64,000 nt of DNA from Microcoleus sp. (lineage in GTDB: Bacteria > Cyanobacteriota > Cyanobacteriia > Cyanobacteriales > Microcoleaceae): assembly GCA_052279835.1 (NCBI GenBank), contig CP181291.1:2976001-3040000 (forward strand), read 5' to 3'. Of this stretch, positions 51,987-62,760 are shown piece after piece (the stretch's first letter is position 1; every line of letters starts with the position of its first letter). The notes under the pieces were generated by a model. The model searched no databases and had not been told where the DNA came from. It saw only the letters and a program-made list of their open reading frames with translations. The position numbers and the translations under genes were made by a program.

Positions 51987-52967
51987 GAAAGGCTATACTC
52001 CCAACAATGACTTACTAGAAGGCAGCATTGATAGCGACACCCTTACGGGATTTGCAGGCCAAGATACTCTCTACGGTAAAGCCGGAGACGATCTGCTTGA
52101 TGGTGGTTCTGGTGCAGATAAAATGTATGGTGGTAGCGATAATGACACATACATTGTCGATAATATTGCTGACACAATTACTGAGAACGCTGCTGAAGGT
52201 ATCGATCTGGTGGAATCTACAGTCACTTACACTTTAGGAGTCAATGTCGAAGACCTTCATTTGAAAGGAACTGCTGCTATTGATGGCACGGGAAACAACG
52301 CCCACAATGCTATAGTAGGCAACGATGCCAACAACTCTCTCTATGGTTTAGGCGATCGCGATTACCTATTTGGTGCCGGTGGTAATGACTTCCTCAATGG
52401 TGGTGATGGAGACGACCAAATCTATGGTGGTACCGGAAATGACCAAATCTATGGTGGTTCTGGTGCCGACGAAATGTATGGTGGTACGGGAGACGACCAA
52501 TATCTGGTTGATAATGTTGGTGATTTAGTTACCGAAAAAGTTGGAGAAGGTATTGATACCGTAGTCACTGGTAATATCAGCTATACTCTGGGCGCTAATG
52601 TCGAAAATCTCACTTTGACTGATGCTGCCGATATCCAAGGTACGGGTAACGAATTGAATAATTATATGCTGGGTAACGCTGAGGATTGGTATATCTGAGT
52701 TCAAGTCTGTTTAACTGAGTCAGTCCAGGAGGCGCTCCCGCTCGAGAAACTGGGCTTTTACCTAATCTGCGGACTACATCAAAAGATTTTTGTAAAAAAC
52801 CCGGTTTCTGGCCACCAGTGCGTAAGTTATCTGTGTTTTTAACCATTTTCAATCAGCCATTTACGGGCGGGCAGGAGGTTGATTAACAGTCTACCTCACA
52901 ATCAAATTTACTCTTTCTTTGTGGAACAGAAAGAAAAGCTTGTTTATACAGGTGCAAGCTCTAAGTT

Positions 52968-55900
52968 TTATCTGAAGTTCCCACTGCGGGAAACTTTAAA
53001 AATGCTATAACTCTTGTGGAAACGTCGAATAGTTCGATCGTGACCGCCACTAGCAAGGATTTTACCATCGGGACTCCAGGCTACACTCGCAATCCAATTG
53101 CTATGTCCCTGCAAGATTTGCACGGATTTCCCCTGTTGAATATCCCACAACCGAATGCTCAAGTCGCCTGCTGCACTCGCGAGAATTTGACTGTTAGGAC
53201 TCCAAGCGACAGTCCATACCCAGGCTGCATGACCTTGCAAAGTTGTCAAGCATTCGCCGCTGCTGGGATTCCAAAGCCTGATATCGCAGTCATCGGAACC
53301 ACTGGTGAGGATACTGCCATCGGGACTCCAAGCTAAACTCCAAATCCAATTGCGATGCCCCTGCAAAATTTTGATACACAATCCTGTATCGGGATTCCAC
53401 AACCGAATCCGACTATCGGCACTGCTACTGGCAAGGCTGCGCCCGTCGGGACTCCAGGCTGCGGCAAACATGGAATTGCTGTATCCCTGAAAAGTTTTGA
53501 AACTGCGACAATCACTCGATCGTTCGCCGTATACTTCCCACAGTCGCACAGTTTGGTCATGGGAACCGCTGGCGATGGTTTTCCCGTTGGCACTCCAAGC
53601 CACAGTCACAGCCCAAATCGAATTGGTGTGTGCTTCTAAGGTTTGCAAACATTGACCGATTTCTGTATCCCAGATTGTGATGTTATAGCCTCCACTGGCA
53701 GTGGCCAGCATTTTGCTATCGGGACTCCAAGCGACTGAGAATACACGGGAATCATATCTTTGCAAGGTTTTGAGACATTGACCGCGATCGGCATCCCAAA
53801 TTTTCACACTGCCATCTTCGCTGCCTGTGGCGAGTATTTCTCCATCGGGACTCCAAGCAATAGACCAAATTTCACTGTTATGTCCGGATAAGATATTGAG
53901 GCACTCACCGCTGTGGATATCCCAGAGTCGAATGGTTGCATCCAAGGATGCGTTGCCGAGGATTTTACCGTCGGGACTCCAAGCAACAGACGAAATCCGA
54001 TTGCTATGTCCCTGGAAGATTTTGATACATTCTTGGGTACGAGTATCCCAGAGTCGAATTTCGCGATCGTCCCCAGCAGCGAGGAGATGTCCCTTGGGCT
54101 GCCATGCTAAGCTTCTGACGGTAGCTTGATGTCCTTGCAAAATTACCAAACAATTGCCAGATTCAATATCCCAAAGCCTGATGGTGCGATCTTCACCTGC
54201 ACTGGCTAGGATTTGACCATCTGGACTCCAAGTAATTCCCCAAATCCAACCAAAATGCTCTCTAAACATCCCTTTGGATTGTCCGTTAGAAACTTGCCAA
54301 ACTGACACTATATTGTTGCTATCTCCGATCGCCAGTAGTTGACTGTCCGGGCTGAAAGCAACTCTTAAAATACCGCCTAATGGCTGAGTAAACCTGGCTT
54401 TGGACAGGTCAGAATGGGCAAAATTAACCCGATGGAGATTGGCATCTTGAAAATCTGCTTGCCAAATACTGAGATAGGAAAAGTCGTAGCCAGTCAGATC
54501 GACATCGAGGTGGCGCAACAGATTGATGATGTTACCGCCCGCATATCCAGTTTGATTGGGACACTCGGTTTGCAGGCGATATAAGATTTGATGCAATTGA
54601 TAAACAATGTCTTTTTTCGAGCCTAACTGGTTCAGCAACCGGAGAATTAGCGGCGTTACAATTACGCGAATTTGGCTGTCTCGAATATAGTCTTTGTCCT
54701 GTGCTTTCATCAGGGCATAGGTTTGCAACACGGAAGTTGAGGACAAGGGAGTCGGCGATGAGCGATCGACAATTTCATCAGAAATGCGATCGATCAGCGT
54801 CTGCGTGACATATTCCATCACCACAGGTTGTAATGTAAACTGACCTCCGTTAGTTTCAATCAACGATCGCCATTTCAAATTTTGCAGTGCTTCCATCAAC
54901 TGCGTTTGGGATACGCCAGCATTCAAATCTTCTCGAAGTTCGGCAAAAGAAACCCATTCGCGATCGATCGCCAACCAGCACATTACTTGATTCTCTAAGA
55001 TTGAAAGACGACTGCATTGTTGTTGAATCAAATCTGAAACATCACCAAATACAGTAACGTTTTGTTCTAGGAAAAGAGCAATATTGCCGCTGAACAAATC
55101 TCGAATGGTGGTGGCAACGATTTTTAATGCCAGGGGATTGCATCGATAGCGATCGCACAAATCCTGTTTTTGACTTTCCGATCCAGTTAATCCCGTCACC
55201 TTAATCAATGCTTCGGAGGCCTCTGGAGAACCGCCCAAAGACAAGCCCTGTACTGCCAAGTCGCCCGCTTCCGATTGAGCGAATTGAGGGCATTTTTCCC
55301 GGCTGGTTAATACCAAACAGCTTTGATGGGGAGTCTCGGCTACCACTCGCAGCATTTCGTCGTAAGCTTCATAACCGGGACGATATAGTCCGCTCTGATC
55401 CCCAGGTTGTGACAGGCTTTCGGTATTGTCTATAACCATCAGACAGCGATGATTCCGCAGACACTGAATCAAGCTGCTAATTTCTGCTTTTGTCTCCTGT
55501 TGTCCTGAGAGAAATGAGACTAATTCTGCTAACAAAACGGACGGCGGCGGGACATTGCGGAGACTTCGCCAAATGACGTAGGTAAATTGGTTTTGTAGCT
55601 GTTGGGCCAGTTTGACAGATAAAGCCGTTTTCCCGATGCCACCAATCCCAAAAATACCCACTAACCGGCAATTATCTTGTAAAATCCATTGCGTTAGGGT
55701 AGTGAGTTCTGCCGTGCGCCCGTAAAAGCGGGAAACATCTACTGCTTCTCCCCAATCCTGGGCGATGGGCTTCACGGGTTCCCGTTGTGGGGTTTCGGGT
55801 TCTGGCTGAATATAATCTTGCTCGGTTAGTGTGAGGTTGAAGGCGCGAAATAGCTCTTCTAGGGTTTGGAGATCGACGGCTGCTTTGCAACTTCGTAACC

Positions 55901-56072
55901 GCCCAATCGATCGAACACTTAACCCTGTCAAATTGCTTAATCGCTCTAAGGTGTAAGCAGACCCGCCATTTTCAGCAATAGCTAATTGCTCTTGGATATT
56001 CTGGAAACGCTGCAAACCCCAATCTGAAAGAATCACGCCTCGGCGCTTACGTTTTTTAGGCAGTTTAGTCAT
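52968..56072 (-). CDS. NB-ARC/NACHT STAND NTPase with WD40 repeats and N-terminal HTH; C-terminus apparently truncated
   Basis: QDWGEAVDVSRFYGR, GIGGIGKT, pentapeptide segment, many WSPDG..LAS WD repeats; the last repeat breaks after GGHDRTIR. Confidence 0.85.
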   Translation of the reverse strand: MTKLPKKRKRRGVILSDWGLQRFQNIQEQLAIAENGGSAYTLERLSNLTGLSVRSIGRLRSCKAAVDLQTLEELFRAFNLTLTEQDYIQPEPETPQREPVKPIAQDWGEAVDVSRFYGRTAELTTLTQWILQDNCRLVGIFGIGGIGKTALSVKLAQQLQNQFTYVIWRSLRNVPPPSVLLAELVSFLSGQQETKAEISSLIQCLRNHRCLMVIDNTESLSQPGDQSGLYRPGYEAYDEMLRVVAETPHQSCLVLTSREKCPQFAQSEAGDLAVQGLSLGGSPEASEALIKVTGLTGSESQKQDLCDRYRCNPLALKIVATTIRDLFSGNIALFLEQNVTVFGDVSDLIQQQCSRLSILENQVMCWLAIDREWVSFAELREDLNAGVSQTQLMEALQNLKWRSLIETNGGQFTLQPVVMEYVTQTLIDRISDEIVDRSSPTPLSSTSVLQTYALMKAQDKDYIRDSQIRVIVTPLILRLLNQLGSKKDIVYQLHQILYRLQTECPNQTGYAGGNIINLLRHLDVDLTGYDFSYLSIWQADFQDANLHRVNFAHSDLSKARFTQPLGGILRVAFSPDSQLLAIGDSNNIVSVWQVSNGQSKGMFREHFGWIWGITWSPDGQILASAGEDRTIRLWDIESGNCLVILQGHQATVRSLAWQPKGHLLAAGDDREIRLWDTRTQECIKIFQGHSNRISSVAWSPDGKILGNASLDATIRLWDIHSGECLNILSGHNSEIWSIAWSPDGEILATGSEDGSVKIWDADRGQCLKTLQRYDSRVFSVAWSPDSKMLATASGGYNITIWDTEIGQCLQTLEAHTNSIWAVTVAWSANGKTIASGSHDQTVRLWEVYGERSSDCRSFKTFQGYSNSMFAAAWSPDGRSLASSSADSRIRLWNPDTGLCIKILQGHRNWIWSLAWSPDGSILTSGSDDCDIRLWNPSSGECLTTLQGHAAWVWTVAWSPNSQILASAAGDLSIRLWDIQQGKSVQILQGHSNWIASVAWSPDGKILASGGHDRTIRRFHKSYSIFKVSRSGNFR

Positions 56073-56569
56073 ACCTTGATATTCCAACTCGAACTAAGTA
56101 GACGATGATTAATTTCTCTGCAAAAATCGGCGATGCTTCTTGCAGCATGAGGGGTAGTCCTCATGTCACAGCTTTTTTGGAGACAGCAAACTTCCTGTTA
56201 TTTCTAAAAAGATCGACCTAATTGGATGAGTCTAAGTACGTATCTGGACAAATTCACAAGTATGTCACAAAAAATTAGGTGGGGCGAGCGGATTTAAATT
56301 TAACAAGTTGTGTAGCACAGTTTCCTCTTTCTCCTCTAACTTCCACTCCATAAATTACAGCATAAGCAATTTCTAAATCACGATTTATCTAAGCACCAGT
56401 AATAGGGCAATTACCGTCTGCTCGTCTTATTCAAAGTTTGTCATATCCTCAATCGAGATTCAACCCGTCATTTGCCGTAGTCAATTGTTAAGAAACAGAT
56501 ACAAAACCAAGGTAATTAACACATCTTCTCCTAGAAAACTGTATTATTGCATCCCTGGAGCAGAGAAAA

Positions 56570-57703
56570 ATGCAACACTTAACTCACAATGATTTCCAAA
56601 ATTTTTCTGAATACCTACAGGAACTCTACAAAACTTGTAGCGTTGAAGATTTCGCATCCCATCTGCTTTCAATTATCTCGAAGCTTATTCCCGCAGTAGA
56701 TTACACCTACAACACACTCTCCTTCGGGAATCACAAGTCTACCACGATCGACTATCAACCCGCTCCTGGGTTAGATCCCCTCGATCTAACGCATTTTGAT
56801 CGAGTTGCTAATCAACATTTTTATGAGAATCCTCTAGTCGGTAATTATCTACGAACTCGTGACCATCGAGCGCATAAGGTTTCCGATTTCTTAAATGAGA
56901 ATCAACTGCATCGTTTGGAAGGATTGTATGGAAAGTTGATGCAGCCTAGAGGAATCAGAGATCTGATTGCAGTTTCATTACCGATTGTTGCTACTACATC
57001 CACAAGCAAGCTGTACTCTGGACAAGATGATATTATTGCCATCACGCTGATGAGAGACGAGATTTTCACTGAGCGCGATCGCTTCTTATTCAACTTATTG
57101 CACCCTCATCTTTTGCAAGCACAGCAAAATATGAATCAGTTTGCCAATATACAACTGGAATGGCTGCAACAGCGTAATACTCTAGAGGCATTGGGAATTA
57201 TTGCGATCGACGGAGATGGGGAAGTTAAGTTCATGAGTCAACGAGCTTGGCAATGGCTAAACCAGTATTTTCCAGGCAAGTGCTCAACAGGATGCTTGCC
57301 AGAGAATTTGCAAAGATGGGTTAAATATCAGTTGTCACTTTTAACCCTAAGTGAGGATATTCCTCCACCCTATTTACCACTAAAATTAGAGCAGGAAGGC
57401 AAACAATTAGTCGTGCGTTTTGTCACTGAGCAACCACGGGAGCAATATCTATTGTTGCTTGAAGAACAGCAGTTGTTGACTCTATCATCCGTATCTTTGG
57501 AATTACTAAGATTAACAAAACGTGAAGCAGAAGTGTTATTTGAGGTGACGCAGGGTAAGACTAACTCCGAAATTGCTGCCACACTTAGCCTTAGCATCGG
57601 CACTGTCAGGAAGTATTTAGAAAACATCTACTCGAAACTGTCAGTACAAACTCGTACAGAAGCGGTGGTATTTGCTTTGAAACAGCTTGGGACACTTGGT
57701 TAG
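56570..57703 (+). CDS. LuxR-family HTH transcriptional regulator with N-terminal GAF/PAS-like region
   Basis: LTKREAEVL...GKTNSEIA..LSLSIGTVRKYLENIYSKL.VQTR. Confidence 0.88.
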   Translation: MQHLTHNDFQNFSEYLQELYKTCSVEDFASHLLSIISKLIPAVDYTYNTLSFGNHKSTTIDYQPAPGLDPLDLTHFDRVANQHFYENPLVGNYLRTRDHRAHKVSDFLNENQLHRLEGLYGKLMQPRGIRDLIAVSLPIVATTSTSKLYSGQDDIIAITLMRDEIFTERDRFLFNLLHPHLLQAQQNMNQFANIQLEWLQQRNTLEALGIIAIDGDGEVKFMSQRAWQWLNQYFPGKCSTGCLPENLQRWVKYQLSLLTLSEDIPPPYLPLKLEQEGKQLVVRFVTEQPREQYLLLLEEQQLLTLSSVSLELLRLTKREAEVLFEVTQGKTNSEIAATLSLSIGTVRKYLENIYSKLSVQTRTEAVVFALKQLGTLG

Positions 57704-57830
57704 CGAAAAACAAAAGCCTTTTTCACTACTTCTGGTCACAGATGTAGGTTGAGGGCGATCGGCTTTGAGGATTTTCCAGCATTTGCCTGTCAAGATTGTG
57801 GTTGTCGCGGTTGCTTGTTTGATTACACTA

Positions 57831-58199
57831 TCAGTTTTGAGGATGGGCGATACTTCCGACTTGTTGCTGGAAGCGGATCATCTCTAAAGATCGATCGCCA
57901 TAAAGGTCTTCAATATGCTCTAAGCAGCAGTCGATCGCAAAATCGTTCAACTCAGCAGGCTCAATACCGTACATATCCTCAAACACCTCTGAGTCTACAC
58001 GACAAAAGCGCGGGCGATCGGCATAAATTCCGCACTCTCGCGTTTCTTTGTCAAACTTGACACACCAACCATCATCACCTACGAGGCTCAAGTAGAGTCC
58101 CAATTCTTCCTCTGATAAATACTCGTCTAAGTCAGGGCGCTCTGTGGGGTCGAGGTAACAACAAGCACCGCACTGTTTTACGCAAAGCCAGGTAGCCAT
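57831..58199 (-). CDS. YkgJ family cysteine-cluster protein
   Basis: CVKQCGACC, GWC, CGIYADRPRFCR. Confidence 0.88.
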   Translation of the reverse strand: MATWLCVKQCGACCYLDPTERPDLDEYLSEEELGLYLSLVGDDGWCVKFDKETRECGIYADRPRFCRVDSEVFEDMYGIEPAELNDFAIDCCLEHIEDLYGDRSLEMIRFQQQVGSIAHPQN

Positions 58200-58357
58200 A
58201 GTTTTATTTGAGATTTTAGATAGACTTTAGATTTTAGATTTTAGATTGGGATCGTAGCTTAGCATATTTATAGAAATGTGAGATTTTAGATTTTGGTCCA
58301 TCGTAGTTTACCATGACTTAGACAGAGACGATATCTATAGATATGTAGGTGATAATT

Positions 58358-59380
58358 ATGTCTTCTTCACAACCTCCATCAAGGGAAAAAAGACCTCTCG
58401 GATTGGATGAATTAATTGCGATCCTAGTCGCCTTCGGCACTGTGGGTGGAATTTTATTTTGGGTAATAGGGAAAAAACCCAGTCAATTCGGTATTACCAA
58501 TTGGCAATTTCCAGCGGTATTCTCTCAACCTGCTGCTGTGTCCGATCGCCCCACAATCTTAACGCCCCCGCCGTCTAGTTCGGATCTGCCATCCCCCCCA
58601 GCCAGAGTCATTCCCTCTCCATCTCCGGGAACTTCCCTCGCACCATTACCGCAAGTTGTGGTGCCAATTCCTGTTATTGTCCCTCCGGCTAGCGTTGTTC
58701 CAGAACAGCCAATTGTGCCATCGACTCCGGCTCCGATAATTACCAAACCTAAACCTGCTCAAGGAAAAATCGGTCCGGTCAAATTGTCCGATGTTCCAGA
58801 TAAGCATTGGGCCCGTCCATTTATTTTAGCATTAGTCGATCGGCAAATTTTTTCAGATGTCACAGACAACAAATTTCGTCCCGACGAACCAATAACGCGA
58901 GCGGAACTAGCGCGATTAATTAAGCAAATGTCCGATCAAGAACCGCGTCGCAAAGCAGTTGATTTTAAAGATATCGAATCCGGCAATCCGGCTGCTCCTT
59001 TCATCGACTACAGCGTCAAGACAGGATACTTAAAAGGATACCCAAACCAGGAGTTCCGTCCTGACAAACCAGTTCCCCGTGTGGAAGTAATCGCATCTCT
59101 GGCTAGCGGCTTGAATCTGAAACCATCAAAGACAACGACCAAAACTTTACAGTTTTATACCGACAAACAAAAAATACCTAAATGGGCTGTTGACCAAGTA
59201 GCAGCAGCTACGGAAGCAGGTCTTATTGTCAACTATCCGAAGCGCCAACTTTTGAGGCCAAATACAACAGCAACTCGCGCAGAAGTAGCGGTCATGCTTT
59301 ACCAAGCTATGGCAAAAAAAGGGAAAGTACCAGCTAAATCTTCTCAGTATGTTGTGCGGCGTTCCAAGGTGTTGAAGTAA
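58358..59380 (+). CDS. S-layer homology (SLH) domain protein with N-terminal TM and Pro-rich linker
   Basis: SDVPDKHWA, FRPDEPITRAE, GYPNQEFRPDKP, LRPNTTATRAEVA. Confidence 0.88.
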   Translation: MSSSQPPSREKRPLGLDELIAILVAFGTVGGILFWVIGKKPSQFGITNWQFPAVFSQPAAVSDRPTILTPPPSSSDLPSPPARVIPSPSPGTSLAPLPQVVVPIPVIVPPASVVPEQPIVPSTPAPIITKPKPAQGKIGPVKLSDVPDKHWARPFILALVDRQIFSDVTDNKFRPDEPITRAELARLIKQMSDQEPRRKAVDFKDIESGNPAAPFIDYSVKTGYLKGYPNQEFRPDKPVPRVEVIASLASGLNLKPSKTTTKTLQFYTDKQKIPKWAVDQVAAATEAGLIVNYPKRQLLRPNTTATRAEVAVMLYQAMAKKGKVPAKSSQYVVRRSKVLK

Positions 59381-59402
59381 ATTTTATGGTGGGGTAGGCT
59401 TC

Positions 59403-59524
59403 GGGTGCATCTGTGTTTGGCAAATATATTCGTAGGGGCTTTCGCCTGACGGCTGTAAATCTCTGGTTATCACGAATAAATTGTCTGCGGTCATGCTTCG
59501 CCTATGCAAAATCAGGATGCTCCC
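59403..59524. mobile_element. 122-bp MITE, copy 2
   Basis: GGGTGCAT...ATGCTCCC; perfect 8-bp TSD TAGGCTTC (59395-59402 and 59525-59532). Confidence 0.88.
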
Positions 59525-59599
59525 TAGGCTTCTAGCCTACCCCACCCTAAAATTCATCTGTTTGTTTTTTATTACCTAGAATGAAGATAGGATTTGAGA

Positions 59600-61267
59600 T
59601 CAATCTTGAAAAACCATGATACTACCAGAATAACAAGCCACCCAAACCTGATTAGTTTGCGGATCGTAGGTAATGCCTATGGGACTTGAATTCACATTCA
59701 CTGTTTGCAAAACTTTCATATCTCCGGTGCTAATTTTGCTGACAGTATTGGAAGAATAGTTAACTACGTAAATCAGTTTCCCGTCATCAGAAATTGTCAT
59801 GCTGCGAGGCTGACTACCAGTTGAAACTTTGTCAACAACTTCACCAGAATCTAGGCTAATTTTTGCGACATTTCCTTCACCATTCAAAGTAGCATAAAGA
59901 TACTTGCCGTTGGGGTCTATTACCAAATGACGGGGTGAACTACCAACATTTCTTAACCAATTTACCGAAAAATCTCTGAGATTAACCTTGGCAATATCGG
60001 CGGAACCCATGACAGCAACATAGGCGGTTTTTGAGTCAGGAGTGACCACAATACCGCGAGGATAGGCTCCCAATTTTACCCGCTCAATTTCGCTGTTTTT
60101 CTGAGTGTCAACTACGCTTAAATCCCAACTACACCAATTACTCGCCAGCACCCACCGATTATCTGGGGAAACAGCATTGAATTTCGGTACAGCACCTACA
60201 GAAATTACTTTTTCTATTTTGAGAGTTTGGGTATTGATGCGGTACATGAAACTTTCGTCATGTTTGGCGGCGGGAGAACATCTGTCACTACCGGGATTGT
60301 CAAAGCCAGCACCGTACATTTGATAGTTTGATATGTAGGCATATTTGCCATCATTTGAAAAAGCAGCTTCCACCGGAGCGCCTTGATAATTACCCTTGAA
60401 TTTGGAAAAACCAAACTTTGATAAGTTTACGCGATCGGGAATGGTCTTGACTAATTTAAAGTTGCGATCGTACACTGTGATTGTGTGGCTGTACATCATG
60501 TTTTGAGCAAAAAACAGCCCAGCACCTGAATAAACAATTGATTTGGGGGATATGCTACCGTAAATTGTTTTTTTCAAGGTCATTTTTCCCTGGCTTTTGG
60601 GACGGGGACGAATCAGCTTTTTGGGAGCTACTTGCGGTGGGGGAGTTTCCACCATAAATGGGGGTAAAAATGGATTAGAAAATATCGGTCTTTTGGGTGA
60701 ATTATTGGAGTTAGAATCTTCTAATTTATTTGGATTTTCCGGGGCTGTAAGTGATGGGAAAGCTTGTGGTTTGGTGGTATTTTTTTCGGACTGCTGTTTG
60801 GTAGGCGATTGTAATTCGTCTGGATTTTTTGGGGCGATAGAGTCGGGTTGTGGGCGATCGGGATTTGGTGTTTTTTGCGCCGCCGATTCTGGGACTGTAG
60901 CTTCGGGCTTAACTTTCAGTGCAGCCAAGGTTTTTGGGCCGACAATTCCATCAACTTTGAGATTGTTTTCTGCTTGGAACTTTTTCACCGCAGCTTGAGT
61001 TACAGAACCGTAAAATCCTGTGGGTTTGCTACGAAAATATCCGGCATCTTGGAGAGTTTTCTGGAGTTCGGTAACTTCCGGACCTGAATCTCCTTTTTTG
61101 ATGGCTAGTGCGGGATTTACTAAGTAGTTAATAATGCTTAAAGCCAGGAGCAAGCATAGTAAAGGAGTAGAGGCTAAATTCAGGTGCGTTGTTGAGTTTT
61201 TTCCTGGAGTTTTGCTGGGAGGGGTTTCCCAGGTTTCTGCTAAGTGCAGGTAGGCTAGTCCGTCCAT
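59600..61267 (-). CDS. peptidoglycan-binding domain plus YncE/YVTN-like beta-propeller protein
   Basis: GDSGPEVTELQKTL..AVKKFQ...DGIVGPKT; repeated G..P..I..SPD propeller blades. Confidence 0.85.
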   Translation of the reverse strand: MDGLAYLHLAETWETPPSKTPGKNSTTHLNLASTPLLCLLLALSIINYLVNPALAIKKGDSGPEVTELQKTLQDAGYFRSKPTGFYGSVTQAAVKKFQAENNLKVDGIVGPKTLAALKVKPEATVPESAAQKTPNPDRPQPDSIAPKNPDELQSPTKQQSEKNTTKPQAFPSLTAPENPNKLEDSNSNNSPKRPIFSNPFLPPFMVETPPPQVAPKKLIRPRPKSQGKMTLKKTIYGSISPKSIVYSGAGLFFAQNMMYSHTITVYDRNFKLVKTIPDRVNLSKFGFSKFKGNYQGAPVEAAFSNDGKYAYISNYQMYGAGFDNPGSDRCSPAAKHDESFMYRINTQTLKIEKVISVGAVPKFNAVSPDNRWVLASNWCSWDLSVVDTQKNSEIERVKLGAYPRGIVVTPDSKTAYVAVMGSADIAKVNLRDFSVNWLRNVGSSPRHLVIDPNGKYLYATLNGEGNVAKISLDSGEVVDKVSTGSQPRSMTISDDGKLIYVVNYSSNTVSKISTGDMKVLQTVNVNSSPIGITYDPQTNQVWVACYSGSIMVFQD

Positions 61268-61542
61268 AGTTTTTACTCAGTGGTTTTGGTGATATGATAC
61301 ACCAATTAACATCGATCGAAATGATAAACTGGAAAAGTTTATAATAGGCATCTCCCGAAAAGTCTGTTAAGAACACGCTAGGGATGCTGACCACTTCGAT
61401 CCTTCGACTAGCCTTTGGCAAAGCTGAGCTCTTAACCGTCACGTAGTCGAAGGGGGTCTGTTATACAATATTTATGGGAGAGGTATCGCCTGCGGAATTG
61501 AGAAAAATTTTTAATAGTGTGAGGAAGTTGGAGTGATTAATC

Positions 61543-62760
61543 ATGTTGAATAGGGAACAAACATCGGCAGAAGCATTGCCTAAAGAATGTCCGCCGAATT
61601 TACTTTCCGATGGTTACGGTGGACTTTGCCAGCGGGCTTGGGTAGAAATTGATTTAGCAGCTTTAACTCACAATGTAAAACAGCTTAAAAATATTTTATC
61701 TCCCCGATCGCAACTGATGGCTGTGGTGAAAGCTGATGCTTATGGACACGGTGCGATCGCAGTTAGTCAAACAGTTTTGCAAGCTGGTGCTAGTTGGCTG
61801 GGAGTGGCGACAATTCCAGAGGGAATTGAGTTGCGAGAAGCGGGGATTACAGCGCCGATTTTGGTGCTGGGGGCAACTTATACTACAGAACAAGTAAAAG
61901 CGATCGCCCATTGGCACTTGCAGCCGACTATTTGTACTGTCAAACAAGCTCTCATATTTTCGGAAGTTCTCGCTACCCTCAATCAATCTTTGCCGGTTCA
62001 TGCTAAGTTAGATACGGGAATGTCTCGCTTGGGTACACCTTGGCAAGAATCCACAGAATTTTTGCAGTTAATCCAGAGTTTACCTCATTTAAAATTGGCT
62101 AGTGTTTACTCTCACTTGGCGACAGCAGATAGTCCAGACCCAACTATTATGCTACAACAGCAGGAGAATTTTGAACGGGCGATCGCCCAACTTAAGATAG
62201 CAGGAATTAATCCCGATCGCCTGCACTTGGCAAACTCGGCTGCTACCCTGGCTAACCCGAACTTGCATTACGATTTAGTCCGAGTTGGCTTAGCTAATTA
62301 CGGGCTTTATCCAGCACCTCATTTACAAAATGTGGCTAATTTAAAGCCCGTCATGCAGGTAAAAGCTAGAGTGACACAGGTGAAAACAATAGCAGCCGGA
62401 ACAGGAGTCAGCTATGGCCATCAATTTGTCGCTCAGCAACAGACGCAAATTGCGGTAGTTGGCATTGGTTATGCTGATGGCATTCCCCGCAATCTTTCTA
62501 ATAAAATGAAGGTGTTAATCCGGGGTAGTTTTGTGCCACAAGTGGGGGCTGTGACCATGGATCAATTAATGCTGGATGTGAGTTCTATTCCCGATCTCGA
62601 AGTCGGTGAGGTGGTGACTTTGTTGGGTAAAGATGGAGGAAATGAAATTAGCGCTGATGATTGGGCTGGGATTTTAGGAAGCATTTCCTGGGAAATTCTC
62701 TGCGGTTTTAAACACAGATTGCCGCGCGTAGCAGTCTCAAAAAATAACAAATTAATATGA
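61543..62760 (+). CDS. alr: alanine racemase
   Basis: AVVKADAYGHGA, KLDTGMSRLG, GVSYG, IGYADG. Confidence 0.96.
   Translation: MLNREQTSAEALPKECPPNLLSDGYGGLCQRAWVEIDLAALTHNVKQLKNILSPRSQLMAVVKADAYGHGAIAVSQTVLQAGASWLGVATIPEGIELREAGITAPILVLGATYTTEQVKAIAHWHLQPTICTVKQALIFSEVLATLNQSLPVHAKLDTGMSRLGTPWQESTEFLQLIQSLPHLKLASVYSHLATADSPDPTIMLQQQENFERAIAQLKIAGINPDRLHLANSAATLANPNLHYDLVRVGLANYGLYPAPHLQNVANLKPVMQVKARVTQVKTIAAGTGVSYGHQFVAQQQTQIAVVGIGYADGIPRNLSNKMKVLIRGSFVPQVGAVTMDQLMLDVSSIPDLEVGEVVTLLGKDGGNEISADDWAGILGSISWEILCGFKHRLPRVAVSKNNKLI

Larger units (their letters stand above)
50746..51995 (+). mobile_element. IS630-family insertion sequence
   Basis: TIRs TAGCCTTTCTCAGGTAGATGAG / CTCATCTATCTGAGAAAGGCTA (21 of 22 match); TA duplication at 50744-45 and 51996-97. 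Confidence 0.95.
50727..52698 (+). pseudogene. RTX calcium-binding protein gene interrupted by IS630 and probably 3'-truncated
   Basis: Removing the IS and one TA restores MAYIPG-T-PNNDLLEGSIDSDTLTG... in frame; SD GGAGA at 50714; GGxGxD repeats downstream. Confidence 0.85.
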
